Shown here in pieces: positions 13,275-24,998 of a stretch of 64,000 nt of DNA. This stretch comes from Octopus vulgaris (lineage: Eukaryota): NCBI GenBank assembly GCA_951406725.2, contig OX597815.1:115878001-115942000 (forward strand), given 5' to 3'. Below the pieces are notes generated by a model. The model searched no databases. It had not been told where the DNA came from and was given only the letters and a program-made list of their open reading frames with translations. A program made the position numbers and the translations under genes. The stretch's first letter is position 1. Every line of letters begins with the position of its first letter.

Positions 13275-13625
13275 GGGTGTTTAGCATGGATTTGGATGGG
13301 GAGTTTTTTGAGGATGGATTTTGTAGATGGATGCTCTTCCTGTCACCAACCCTTGTTTTCATTCAAGGAATTGTTTTTCTTTCTGAGGTCTTTGAAAATG
13401 CAGAGCTACAAGTCATAATGTCACCACAGAATATTAACATTACTACCATTTCATTTGGCATGAAATATCAGTGTTCTCTCTCTCTCTCTCACACACACAC
13501 AGCAGGCTTCATGCAGTTTCTATCTGCCAAATTCTCTTACATGGCATTGGTTAGCCTGGTGCTATAGTAGGGGGCACTGAAGCTAAGTAGTTGCAAAGCA
13601 AACTTCTTAACTAAATACCCATGTC
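13275..13625 (-). mobile_element. Degraded tRNA-headed SINE with RTE-like tail
   Basis: GGATGCTCTTCCTGTCACCAACCC...CACACAC...CAGTTTC...GCTATAGTAG; homologous to 22580-22925 and 59868-60257 in reverse. Confidence 0.55.
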
Positions 13626-14261
13626 TGTGTCTGTATAAAATACAAAACCTCAACATATTTACATTTTTGAATTCTCTCTCTATATATTTAAAAATAAAAA
13701 TTTTAAAAAATTATTACTTCAATTTATATATAAAAAAATTTCCCACGATTAAAAACAAATTTTATGATTTAGTTTGAAGGGGATGGGCAATGTTCATAAG
13801 TGGCCTTGGAACATGGAGTAGGAGAGGAAGGCACCACTACATATATCAGAATTCCTGTTATGAATACCTACAATGTTAACTTTTATAAAGACACTAAAGG
13901 AGCAGCTGATAGAAGGAAACTGAGTGATAAATTAAGTCTATCCACCCAAGAATAAGTACAGGCAGTCTGAAAGGCTTTTGTACAGTTTTTGTCTACCCCA
14001 TCCTCCCCCAATGTTTCTCAAGGTGAGGACATGGTAATATTTTAGTAGGGCATGGCTTCCATTAGAATGGAATGTAAGTAATTAATAAATGAATACAACT
14101 TGCAATAGAGTTTTAATTAAAATTTCTTCTCTCTCACTCGCGCGTGCGTGCGCACGCACACACACACACTAACTAACTTCATCTATTCATGGTTAGGTGC
14201 ATGCTGGTTTTGAAAATTGAAGTCAGGCATAGGATAAAAAAGTTGAGAAACACTGGTCTAC

Positions 14262-14400
14262 CCCAATTCACTCAAAAGGTTTGGGTCAATCTTATGTTAA
14301 AGTAGAAGTCATTTGCCAAATGTGCCACTCTGTTGGACTGAACCTGGAATCACATGATTTTAAAGAGAATCTCTTAATCACATAGCCATGTCTCTGCACC
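14262..14400 (-). mobile_element. SINE head fragment (CORE-like family)
   Basis: GTAGAAGTCATTTGCCAAATGTGCCAC...GGACTGAACCTGGAATCACATG...CACATAGCCA matches the head of 15718-16097. Confidence 0.6.
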
Positions 14401-15464
14401 CATTGTACTAAACTAAGTTGATTAGGCCTGCTGTTTCATATCTGGAGATTTAGATTCAGACTCGGAAGAAAATTGTAAATAAAATTCTTCTTCACCTGGT
14501 TTTTGTGTTTGCTTTTGCTACATGTGTAGATTTAATGTTCCACCTTTTATGTTATCCAAGACATTTTAAGGATTTAACTACTTACGAAGTTAATTGATGT
14601 AGATTGTTGAGAAAATTTGGCCTTGATCTAATTTCTTTTTCCCTAACTGTTGATATTTTAAAGCAAACTTACTTTGCTTTCCAAATTTTGTTACTTTTTT
14701 TTTTATATACTTTTGATAAGTGGTTCAACAGTCTATACAAACAAACTATTAGTCTTTGAATTATTTTGTCTGTATTTTGTTTTAAAATACTGTAAATAAA
14801 ATCATTTAAATATGAAATATATAAGAAATTAAAGAGGAAAAAAGTAAAAAAAACAAACTGTTAATGGAATCTTTTGGTCTATTATTTGTGTGTATTCTTT
14901 GACTTATAGCCCATAATAGGCATAAACAAAATAGTGTAAATTGAAATAATTTGATTCAGAGTTTAATGTGTCTAGGAGCCTATTTATAATGTAGGACAAC
15001 CAAGCCTGAACCAATTCCTAACTGATACAGGAAATAGATACAATATGGAAATAGAAAAGTAAAAGAGACCAATAACAGTTACATGTGTGAGACTGAGAAT
15101 GAGGCAAACTCTTTTCAATTGTTTTAGAGAGGTTAATGAAAGATTACTAATCAATAATTATAATTAATGATGTATCTGCTTGACTCAGTTGTAAATATAG
15201 TCCCCTTATCTTTGACTATGATATATATATATACCCACACAGAAGCAGAATATTTTACTTTGTTTAGTATAAAAAATGAACTTCTACAACTCATAAAACA
15301 TAAAGGCTTGGTTAACCTCAGTAGTTGCTTAGCCAGATCCAATAATGCCTCATTTTAGTCCAGCTATACTTTCTGTATGGTGTTTGTGCATTTTGTTAAT
15401 CTCTGACTAACAGATGCAAATTGCTCAACTGTATACAGATATAGGTATTGTTTTATTTTTACCT

Positions 15465-16128
15465 TTTATCTTTAACTCGTTTCAGTCACTTGAACGGCAG
15501 TCATCAACCCCAGTACTAATTTTTTTTAATAAGCCTGGTATTTACTCTGTTGTTTATATTTGCTAAACTGCTAAGTTACAGGGACGTAAGCAAACCAACA
15601 CTGGTTCACACACACACACACACACATGATGGGATTCTTTCAGTTTCATTCTACAAATCTACTCAAAAGGGTTTGGTCATCCCAAGGTGCCATGTAGTGG
15701 GACTGAATCTAGAACCATTCTTTTACTTGTTTCAGTCATTTGACTGTGGCCATGCTGGAGCACCGCCTTTAATCGAGCAACTCGACCCTGGGACTTATTC
15801 TTTTGTAAGCCCAGTACTTATTCTATCGGTCTCTTTTGCCGAACCGCTAAGTAACGGGGACATAGACACACCAGTATCGGTTGTCAAGCAATGCTAGGGG
15901 GACAAACACAGACACACAAACACACATATATATATATATATACATATATACGACGGGCTTCTTTCAGTTTCCGTCTACCAAATCCACTCACAAGGCTTTG
16001 GTCGGCCTGAGGCTATAGTTGAAGACACTTGCCCAAGGTGCCACGCAGTGGGACTGAACCCGGAACCATGTGGTTGGTAGACAAGCTACTTACCACATTG
16101 AAAAGGAAACTTAGCATACAGCCACCTG
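15465..16128 (-). mobile_element. Older SINE copy (CORE-like family) interrupted by a younger copy
   Basis: The degenerate copy at ~15465-15717 stops at ...GAATCTAGAACCA; its remaining head (...CATACAGCCAC) resumes at ~16098-16128. Confidence 0.55.
15718..16097 (-). mobile_element. Young, near full-length tRNA-derived SINE (CORE-like, internal microsatellite)
   Basis: The reverse complement reads TGTGGTAAGTAGCTTG...GGTTCCGGGTTCAGTCCCACTGCGTGGCACCTTGGGCAAGTGTC...GGCGGTGCTCCAGCATGGCCACAGTCAAATGACTGAAACAAGTAAAA. CpGs are retained; very similar to 58734-59296. Confidence 0.85.
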
Positions 16129-17242
16129 GCTTCAACTCATCAGTCATTTTCTCATTTTCCATTCAGCATTTAATTCTTTAGATTATTCTCTTTTTAATTT
16201 CTTTTTTGCTTCACAACAATCTTTTCAACATTGTATATTCATTTAACTCAGAGGAATATTATTTTATAAAAATTAGTTTAACTGGATCTCTTTTTTTTTT
16301 TTTTAATTTTCATCTTTTCTATCTTTTTATTTTAGTTTCCTGTTTCTTAGTGGTATTCAATCAAGTTTTAAATCTGTTTTCTTGTTTCATAATTTAGTTT
16401 AACTAAATTAGAATGTGGGTTAATTATTCCTCTAAGTAATATTTTATGTAAAACTTTTATGAATTATGTAAATTTTCTGTAGTTAACTTTGTGTGGTTTA
16501 TATAGGTTGAAAAAGTAAAATAATTATTAAAATACCTGATGATGCGATGGAGACATTATCATTGGACAGAGATGAAATGATTTTATTCATTCATGTATTG
16601 AGGAGATACTTTAATCAATATTTTGGCTTAAATTCTTCAAAGAAATCTTGCACCCATTTGCACAATCTCACACACTATCCCTCTCTTTTTCAGTCTTATT
16701 TCTGTGTGAACGTGTTCAAAAGTTTGGACACTTTCTTATGTAGTTGTTTATTGGTTTTGCACCTCTTTCCTGCTCATTATTATTTTACTAATCATCTTCA
16801 AAGAATATTTTATTATTCACTATCCCATGATGCTTTAAAATTGATATTGTTCTTCAACTGAATATGACAACTTAGAGATTTAAATATCCTAAAAACACAT
16901 ATCAATCTACACCAGTAGTGTATGAAGCAGCATATAAAACATTCTTTACAGTATAGTAGTTCATAATAATATTTAGTAGAATAATCTTTTACTTTGATTA
17001 TTGCATCAATTCCTCTTGGCATGACAGTGATAAATTTCTTGAACTACTCAAGAATTTATGATTCTAAATTAAGTATTGATGAGTTTGTTGCTCAGTTGGA
17101 AACCGATTCCAGTTTCTTGATTCTGACCATAAATTTTCTATCTTAAGTTAGGGGCTGTTTCCAGGCCTGTTTTATATTCTTTCAGCTATTTCATTCTAGA
17201 TTTTCTTGTATGACAAGGGGCTCTTTCATATTGAAAAATTAC

Positions 17243-17927
17243 TTCGCCGTGCGTGAGAAGACCCAGCAAGCCAAATGAGACCATAATCTCGTGGCCTATG
17301 ACAGGGGCGTTACCAGCCCACTTATGCGTACCTTTTCCTTCTTTGGACATTAAAACTCTTCTTGCGAAGACCAGTTGAGGCAAGTGAAGTCAAAATCAAA
17401 TTTGATGACTGACGTCTGTGGTAGCGGGGTGCGAAGAGCACCATATGAGTGTGATCATTGACAGAGCGACTAACCGGCTTCCGTGCCAGTGGCACTTAAA
17501 AGGCACCATTCGAGCGTGATTGTTACCAGCATCGTCTTACTGGCACTCAAGCCCTGTGCTAGTAGGGTATTAAGAGCACCATCCGAGTGTGATCGTTGCC
17601 AGAGTGGCTATCTGGCCTCCATGCTGGTGGCATGTAAAAGACACCATTTGAGCGTGATCATTACCAGCATCGCCTTACTGGCACCTGTGCTGGTGGCATG
17701 TGTAAAAGATTCAAGCGAGGTCATTACCAGTACCGCCTGACTGGCCCCCTGCCGGTGGCACATAAAAGCACCCACTACACTCTTGGAGTGGTTGGCGTTA
17801 GGAAAGGCATCCAGCTGTAGAAACTCTGCCAGACCAAGATTGAAGCCATCTGGTTCGCCAGCCCTCAGTCATTCGTCCAACCCATGCTAGCATGGAAAGC
17901 AGATGTTAAACAATGATGATGATGATG
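17243..17927 (+). mobile_element. RTE LINE 3' end with long tandem-subrepeat 3' UTR
   Basis: Starts at the ORF end (AVREKTQQAK*), has repeated AAAAGCACC-ATxxGAGCGTGATC-TTxCCAG units, then the shared terminal motif and a (GAT)n tail. Confidence 0.85.
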
Positions 17928-18065
17928 AGTTCAACTGTATTACACTGTCAGGATGCTTCATTGTCATTGTAATACTTTGGAAAGAAGTTTTTGGCTTACC
18001 ACTCACATATTTTTATTCATTATTTCTAAAATCTTTTTCTCATCACTGCCAGAGAATTACTTTAA

Positions 18066-18249
18066 CCCCTCTGTAACCATATTTCTGTTGAAATACACTG
18101 CTGTTGTTCCAATAAATCTTTGAAAGTAATGAAGAAATTAGTAAAATTATGATAATGAAGTTGGTGTTTAGAATACATATTAGCATAAAATTTTGATGGA
18201 AGTTTGTATCATAGAGATAGTGGTTTTGAGTGGGTTGGTATCAAAAGGG
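18066..18249. mobile_element. TTAA-flanked (piggyBac-type) MITE, second family
   Basis: TTAA(18062-18065)-CCC...AAAAGGG-TTAA(18250-18253); a degraded relative lies at ~28720-28922. Confidence 0.7.
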
Positions 18250-18658
18250 TTAAGGTGCACATGTCTGTGGAATGCTCAGTCACATGTTAACTCAGAAATA
18301 GATTATTCAGATGATCAAACAACTGAATCCTCATTGTTGAGTAACTGAGACTCACTATCAGTATCTCAAAATCCTTTTAGCACAAAGTCATATCTCAAAA
18401 TCCTTTTTGAAAGGAAGGAGCTACAATTACTGATACTGCAAAATGTATCTCTTAATTTTTTTTTTACTTCTTGCTTCAACTTAATCCTTTTAAAGTGAAT
18501 GTTTCAGTTATACTGTATTACTATTTCAAATGTATAAGCTTTCAGTATCCTGTCCTCTATATAGTCATGCTTTTTCTCTCTGTAGTTGTTTAGTATTTGT
18601 AATTGTTTTCTTTCTTTATATCACTGGTATTTTAAGTTGAATACCTTTCACACATTTT

Positions 18659-18900
18659 ATCAGGTTGGTGCAAAATTAGTTGTGATCTTTAACAATCAAC
18701 TTTAAAGTAATATATCTCAGCTCAGAATAACTTAGTCATTCAAAATAATACGCATTAGAATCTACACATTTTTGCTAGAAAGAAACAAGTCTGTACCAGT
18801 AGCTTAGCATTCTGGAGTCTTGGAATTGACAAATTCTATGAAAGTATTTTGGACTGCAGTAAGTTATTGAGATGCCTGAAAAACTGGTATTTTGCATCAA
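18659..18900 (-). mobile_element. Mariner (Hsmar1/cecropia-like) 3' end: TIR plus decayed transposase C-terminus
   Basis: TCAGGTTGGTGCAAAATTAGTTGTG resembles the Hsmar1-type TIR (TTAGGTTGGTGCAAAAGTAATTGCG). The minus strand reads YQFFRHLNN..AVQNTFIEFVNSKTPEC*ATG...QKCVDSNAYYFE*, like mariner YHFFKHLDN...FYATGI...WQKCVDCNGSYFD*. Confidence 0.75.
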
Positions 18901-19333
18901 CTTAATTATATAGAAAGAGTACAATGTGATGGATGTGTAAGAAAAAATTGGTAAATATGAGTGAAAATAAAAAGAATTGATGAAATTTTAACTGTCCCTT
19001 AAAATACTTTGTAAACCTTGTTATATGAAACTTGTAAGTTCTCATTTTTTTACTCAAATTCTTAAAAATTTTTTTCTTTGCTTTACAATAATCTTTCAGA
19101 AAACATTGTGTACTCACATTAATTCCTTTTTGTTATCACAAGTCCTCATGTTTATTTGAACTTGTTTAGATAAAACTGTTGCCTGGTTTTAAGATAAAAT
19201 TTGTACTGAGTATCTCTTTTGAGTTACTTCTTAGTATATCAGTTTGGAAGTTTTGTTTCTAATTAAAGTTTTTTGTAGTAACATCATGTGTAATCAATTT
19301 TAAAATTACTACTCCATTCAAATTCAGAATTTC

Positions 19334-19633
19334 TGTGAAAAAAACATTCGAGCAAGGTTGTTGCCAGTGCCGCTGGACTGGCTCCTGTGCAGGTGGCGCA
19401 TAAAAAGCACCATTTGAGCATGGCTGTTGCCAGTACTGTCTGACTGGCCCTCATGCTGGTGGCACGTAAAAGCACCCACTGCACTCTTGGAGTGATTGGT
19501 GTTAGGAAGGGCATCCAACTGTAGAAACTCTGCTAGATCAGATTGGAGTCTGGTGCAGCCATCTAGTTCGCCAGACCTCAGTCAAATCGTCCAACCCATG
19601 CTAGCATGGAAAGCGGACATTAAACGAGGATGA
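19334..19633 (+). mobile_element. RTE LINE 3' UTR copy
   Basis: Shared terminal motif, very close to 709-893. Confidence 0.8.
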
Positions 19634-19779
19634 CTTTAGTGTATTTCAATCTACCTCTCATTTTGAAAGCACTGAATTTTTAAATCATAACAATCAAAAG
19701 TTTTCTTTTGAATTATACTGAAACTTATGCATTATATTTTAGTGCCTAATTTTTACCATTATTAACCACACCTGTTCCA

Positions 19780-20350
19780 TTCTGTCATGGGTTGAACACT
19801 TTGACAGGATCAAAGACTGCGTTGTGTGCTAATGTCTGCTTTGGTATGGTGTTTATAGTTGGATACTATTCCTAATGCCAAACACTTTTCAGTCTATGTT
19901 GGGTAGTTTTTTTGAGATCATTATGCAGCTGGCAAGACTATGATCCTCTTTGACTGAATGGGACTACAGTACAGAGAGAGACAGGTTTATGCTAGGAGAG
20001 GTTAAAAGTAAGATAGAAGGGGCCTGAGCAGAACAGATTTCTTGCTGGAGAAGAGCTACATGGTTACTCACATTATAAAAGAGGCAGAGGAAGGGTGACC
20101 AGGATGGAGCTGGAAAGAAATACAAATAGTTGCGATGCAGTGTGAGGGAGGATCCTCAAGGTATGAAGTGTGATGACAGAACAGTGTGTGGGTAGGTAGG
20201 ATGTGCAAGAGTATTTGGGGGAATGAGTGATCAGTGATGGGGGATAGATGAGAGGGTGAAATGAAGAATAAGTGTTGAGGAGTGACAAAGGTTGAGAAGA
20301 GGTGACAAATGTAGAGATTGAGCAAGGTTGGAGAGTGGATGAGGTGAATT
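19780..20350 (-). mobile_element. Old non-autonomous retroelement with RTE-like tail and purine-rich (plus-strand) body
   Basis: GTTGGATAC..TTCCTAATGCCAA and TTGACTGAATG...GAGAGAG...CTTGCT..AGAAGA...ATGG align with 56468-57430. Confidence 0.5.
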
Positions 20351-21333
20351 ATGGAAAAATAGATATTATGTGTGAGTATAAAATATTGCTTCTATGAAAT
20401 ACTAATTAGAAATGTAATATCTTATAGAAGTAACCTGCACAAGTAAATCTTACAATGACTGACAAAAATATATTAACGATATGGTCTGTTGAATGTATAT
20501 TAAATAAGCGATATATTTTGTTATATAATTGTAAATGATTTTAATGTAATAAAAAATACAAATAACTGAGGTTCAAGTGAATAATTAATGAACATTAGTG
20601 TGTGTGAGACAGTGTGTTAACTAAGAATGAAATGATTAGATAACTAAATTAGCTCGTAGTGTGTGTAAAAAAGTAGTTTAAAAAATCATCTGATATGGGC
20701 AAACAAAGCAAAACAAAATAATTAGTTGAATAATTTTTATAGAAACTATTATTTTGTAATAAAGTAAGCATTGTTTTGAATTTTAATCACAGCACAAAAA
20801 TTCATAGCTACCATATCTTTATTTTAATTCCATCTTATTAATTCTACTGCAGTGATAGTCAAGCTGTGGGTGTATGTTGTAGTTAGACTTTTGTTCATTC
20901 CAGGTTGGATCAAATTTTTAGCATGCAGCTCATGAGCCAAATGGCCACTTTTTGTTATTTCATAGAAAAAGTCTTGAATCATCCTATAAAATTTGCAAAC
21001 TTGTTAATTTTTTAAGTGCAATTCTTAACTGCTTTCTCCTGCTTTTTTTCTATCTTGTTATACAGTATGATCTCACTCAAGCAAAACAGAAAGAACAGAA
21101 AATTTTTTATTTATTTATTGTAACTATAAAATACATTGAATTTTAAAATGTTATCAGTTACCTATGAAGTTGCAAAAGTCTTACTATTGAAATGAGATTG
21201 AGTTCATACTCTTGTAGTGTGCATTACACATGAACAAATACATTAAAATGAATAAAAATCGAGTATAATTTGTAGGGAGTCAAAAAAACCATATTTCATT
21301 ATTGTGGATTAGCACAGTTGTACTTCAGCAATG

Positions 21334-21368
21334 GCAGCCAATCAGAGCTGGTTGTGTACCTATAAAAG
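21334..21368 (+). promoter_or_regulatory. CCAAT box followed by TATA box
   Basis: CAGCCAATCAGAGC (NF-Y-like) with TATAAAAG about 20 bp downstream. Confidence 0.35.
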
Positions 21369-21463
21369 CAGCAGTCATCAGAACAGTGGAGCATGACTTT
21401 TGGCAGTCAGTGAACCAGAACTTGACTGTCAGCATACAATGCTGCACAACCATCAGCAAAGAA

Positions 21464-22170
21464 GTCTCCATGACTGTCAGAGAACAGGTCTCCACGACTG
21501 TCGGCGAACAGGTCTCCACGACTGTCGGCGAACAGGTCTCCACGACTGTCGGCGAACAGGTCTCCGCGACTGTCGGCGAACAGGTCTCGCGACTGTCGGC
21601 GAACAGGTCTCCACGATTGTCGGCGAACAGGTCTCCACGACTGTCGGCGAACAGGTCTCCACGACTGTCGGCGAACAGGTCTCCACGACTGTCGGCGAAC
21701 AGGTCTCCACGACTGTCGGCGAACAGGTCTCCACGACTGTCGGCGAACAGGTCTCCACGACTGTCGGCGAACAGGTCTCCACGACCGTCGGCGAACAGGT
21801 CTCCACGACCGTCGGCGAACAGGGTCTCCACGACCGTCGGCGAACAGGTCTCCACGACCGTCGGCGAACAGGTCTCCACGACCGTCGGCGAACAGGTCTC
21901 CACGACCGTCGGCGAACAGGTCTCCACGACCGTCGGCGAACAGGTCTCCACGACCGTCGGCGAACAGGTCTCCACGACCGTCGGCGAACAGGTCTCCACG
22001 ACCGTCGGCGAACAGGTCTCCACGGCCGTCGGCGAACGGGTCTCCACGGCCGTCGGCGAACGGGTCTCCACGGCCGTCGGCGAACGGGTCTCCACGGCCG
22101 TCTGCGAACGGGCGTCCACGGCCGTCGGCGAACGGGCGTCCACGGCCGTCGGCGAACAGGCCTCCACGAC
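21464..22170. repeat. 24-bp GC-rich minisatellite, ~29 copies
   Basis: Unit GAACAGGTCTCCACGACTGTCGGC with variants (ACC, GCC, CGG, GCGTC) and two small indels. It explains the five long overlapping repetitive ORFs. Confidence 0.97.
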
Positions 22171-22254
22171 CTACATATATACACTCACTTTGCTCAGCAC
22201 TTGTCAACAATCCCAAATAAATTATGATGTCATTAAGAATGAAATGTCTGATTT

Positions 22255-22538
22255 TGAACTGAACCTTGGTGAACTCCTAACTGTACACTGAAGTCATTGC
22301 TATACTCATTGCCAACCTTCACCTTACTGGCAGCATCCCTGTACATGATTTGTACTGCTCTTACTAACCACTCATCTATCCCTATCTTCTGCATTGACCA
22401 CCAGATAAGGAAACAGGGACCCCTGTCAAAGGCGTTCTCCATGTCGTAAAAAGTTAGGTACAGGGGTTTATTTTTGGCTAAATACTTCTCCTGCAGTAGC
22501 CTAATTAGCAATGTAGCATCAGTCGTGGTCCTGTCTAG
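22255..22538 (-). pseudogene. RTE-clade LINE reverse transcriptase fragment
   Basis: RTTTDATLLIRLLQEKYLAKNKPLYLTFYDMENAFDR...LGVHQGSV matches the non-LTR RT motifs STTDAIF, FxDxEKAFDR and GVxQGS. Confidence 0.9.
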
Positions 22539-22579
22539 CACAAATAAATATATATATATATATACATACACACACATAT

Positions 22580-22925
22580 TGGTGTGGATGTGTGGTAAGA
22601 AGTTTACTTCTTAACTACACAGTTCCAAGTTCAGTTCCACTGTGTGGCACCTTGGGAAAGTGTCTTCTACCATACTCCAGTAGATGGAAACTAAAAGAAG
22701 CATGTCATGTGTGCGTATGTTTGTCTCCTTGTTTTGATATTGTGTGACAGTTGTAAAACGATTGTCACTGTTATACAAGCAGTGACAGTCATTCCCAATA
22801 TTCTGTGAGAACATGTCTGGCCAGAGGGTTGGTGACAAAAAGGGCATCCAGCCGCAGAAAGTCTGCCTCAATAAACTCCTTCCAATTCATGCAAATATGG
22901 AAAAGTGGACAATGAATTGATGATA
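22580..22925 (+). mobile_element. tRNA-headed SINE with RTE-like tail
   Basis: Head GTGTGGTAAGAAG...AAGTTCAGTTCCACTGTGTGGCACCTTGGG; tail AAGGGCATCCAGCC...CATGCAAATATGGAAAAGTGGAC..TGATGAT. Confidence 0.7.
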
Positions 22926-24493
22926 ATATATATGCATTTGACCGTGTAGAGGTTCCCTCTACAAGGTTACTGGATCTGCTATTAGTAACTTCTCCCTCAT
23001 TTCATACTCTCTTTCCTTTAAAAAAAATAAGTTAGAACACATGAGTTAGCATAGTCTTTGATACACTGTTGGATGAAATTACTTTGAGTGTAATGCTTTT
23101 GAATAAAGGTAAAGTCATTCAGAGCCCACCTAATGCTAAGGTTTATATTGAACTTAGAATTTTTGACAACCTGAATTTCAACACTTGTACAGCAGTTGTG
23201 GTATATAATTGTCCTATAGATTCATGACCAATGAGATAAATGTAGGAACATAGCATGAAATAAAGTTTTATGAGTTCAATCTTAGTCTGAGGACATATAT
23301 ATATATATATAAGCATAGCAAATATGGTGACTGACAATGAACAGATCAAACATGGCATGTTTTACAAAACAAGAAAAAAATGAGATTAATTGTTCAACAA
23401 TTGATTCTATCAGTATGTAGTTGTGTAAACGTGATATTTTTCATATCAAGTATTTTGAAATGGGCACTTACTAATTAATTTGTTTGAAATAATGAGGATT
23501 GATAAATACAGACATTTGAATTATTAATAATTAAATATATACACAACAATAGACAATATAGTTTCTTGTCAGCTTTCTTCCTCAATATATTTTACTGTTG
23601 GCAATCAAATAATTGCTAGATTTTTGTTTTGTTTGATTTCTCACCTTGATTATTACATCAGATAAATTTAATTACTGGAGAAATTTAATAAAAACAGAGG
23701 GGAAGTAAAATACCTTATTGTTTTACAGTAAGCTAAAATCCTTTAGGCTTTTTTATAATTTTTTTTAGTGCTTTTGGCTGGCGTTCCTTAATGAAATATA
23801 TAATTGCATGTTTCTTTAGATTTAATTATTTCTGTTCATCAAAGACATTTATTAAAAGGTGTATTGATTTGTATTAACATTGTCTTTTATGTTTGTTTTA
23901 TATTTTCCCCTTCATTTGTAAATAAGTTGGATTTAAAACACTGCTATTGTTTCAGTAATGATTTGTTAAGAGACTTGTTACAAGGAAATGGATCACTTAA
24001 GAACAAGTGGCAGTTAACATTATAAATGAATGATTATATGGTTTGTCTTGTTGAAACATTGAGCTCCTTATTTATGAAAAATAAATTTCTTGTATCAGTT
24101 TCTTAGATCTGAGATAGTTTTTATTTTCTTTTTATCAAAGAAGACAGGTGAGACCCTTTCAATGTCCTCTACTATCCAAGTTATATGAACATTATATCCT
24201 GGTGAACATTTGTAAATTCCTACAATATTTTTAGTAGAACAGCAATTTTTCATAATTGCAAGAAGTCAGAGAAAGCATTTTGGCAAGTTGCTATATTGCC
24301 TTAGCTGTTTTTGAATCTGATATGTTTTGCTGTGGATTTAAGTTATACATAAAATTTTATTTTTAATTCCCAGAGAGCAGAATTCTTCTGGGAGTCCTAA
24401 GCCTTAACTACAAAAGATATTTCAATTTCATATATTCTGTAATTTAAACTTGCTTAAAGAAAATATTCTTACCATTAGAATAAACATCAGCTG

Positions 24494-24495
<2 letters not shown>

Positions 24496-24550
<55 letters not shown>
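24496..24550. repeat. (TG)n(TA)n microsatellite
   Basis: Directly visible. Confidence 0.95.
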
Positions 24551-24709
24551 ATGCCCTCTTGTAACAATTTTGAACTTTTAATATATTGCTGAATTGTTAA
24601 ATATGCTACTATTTGTATTTAAAAATTTGATTCTGATATATAGTAAGTAGTTCAAGTGAGAAACTCCTAAGTTCACAACTATTGTACACTACTTTGTCAT
24701 TTGACCCTA

Positions 24710-24998
24710 TCATCATATGTCTATTTTCCATGCTTGCATGAATTGGATGGAATTTGTTGAAGCAAAACTTCTTCAGCTGGATGCTCTTCCTGTCACCAAC
24801 CCCAACTTGTTTCCAAGCAGGTTAATATATTCCCCTCACTAGACATGTTTTTCACAGAAGACTGGAAATGAATAACCTTGCTTGTATGATGATGATGCTC
24901 ATTTACACCCATCACATGATGCCTAGACAAAGATACACACACAAACACTTATACAACAGTGTTCATTTAGTTTCTATCAAACCCACCCACAAGGCTTA
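24710..24998 (-). mobile_element. SINE with RTE-like tail, reverse copy
   Basis: ATCATC...TTTTCCATGCTTGCATG...CTGGATGCTCTTCCTGTCACCAACC...; homologous to 22580-22925. Confidence 0.65.

Larger units (their letters stand above)
21271..22175 (+). mobile_element. Putative solo-LTR-like unit containing the 24-bp minisatellite
   Basis: Begins TGTAGG (21271) and ends CCTACA (22170-22175), a 6-bp terminal inverted repeat with TG...CA ends. Internal CCAAT and TATAAAA are present; no clean TSD. Confidence 0.4.

Noticed and set aside
21464-22170. CRISPR array or synthetic construct (a BsaI site GGTCTC in most units)
   Set aside because: There are no unique spacers or cas genes, the context is eukaryotic, and the units diverge gradually from a natural flanking seed.
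21302-22291. Long ORFs (235-329 aa) on both strands, e.g. (TTVGEQVS)n
   Set aside because: By-product of a stop-free 24-bp repeat. Indels shift frame within the array, the starts are mostly non-ATG, and no splice context is evident.
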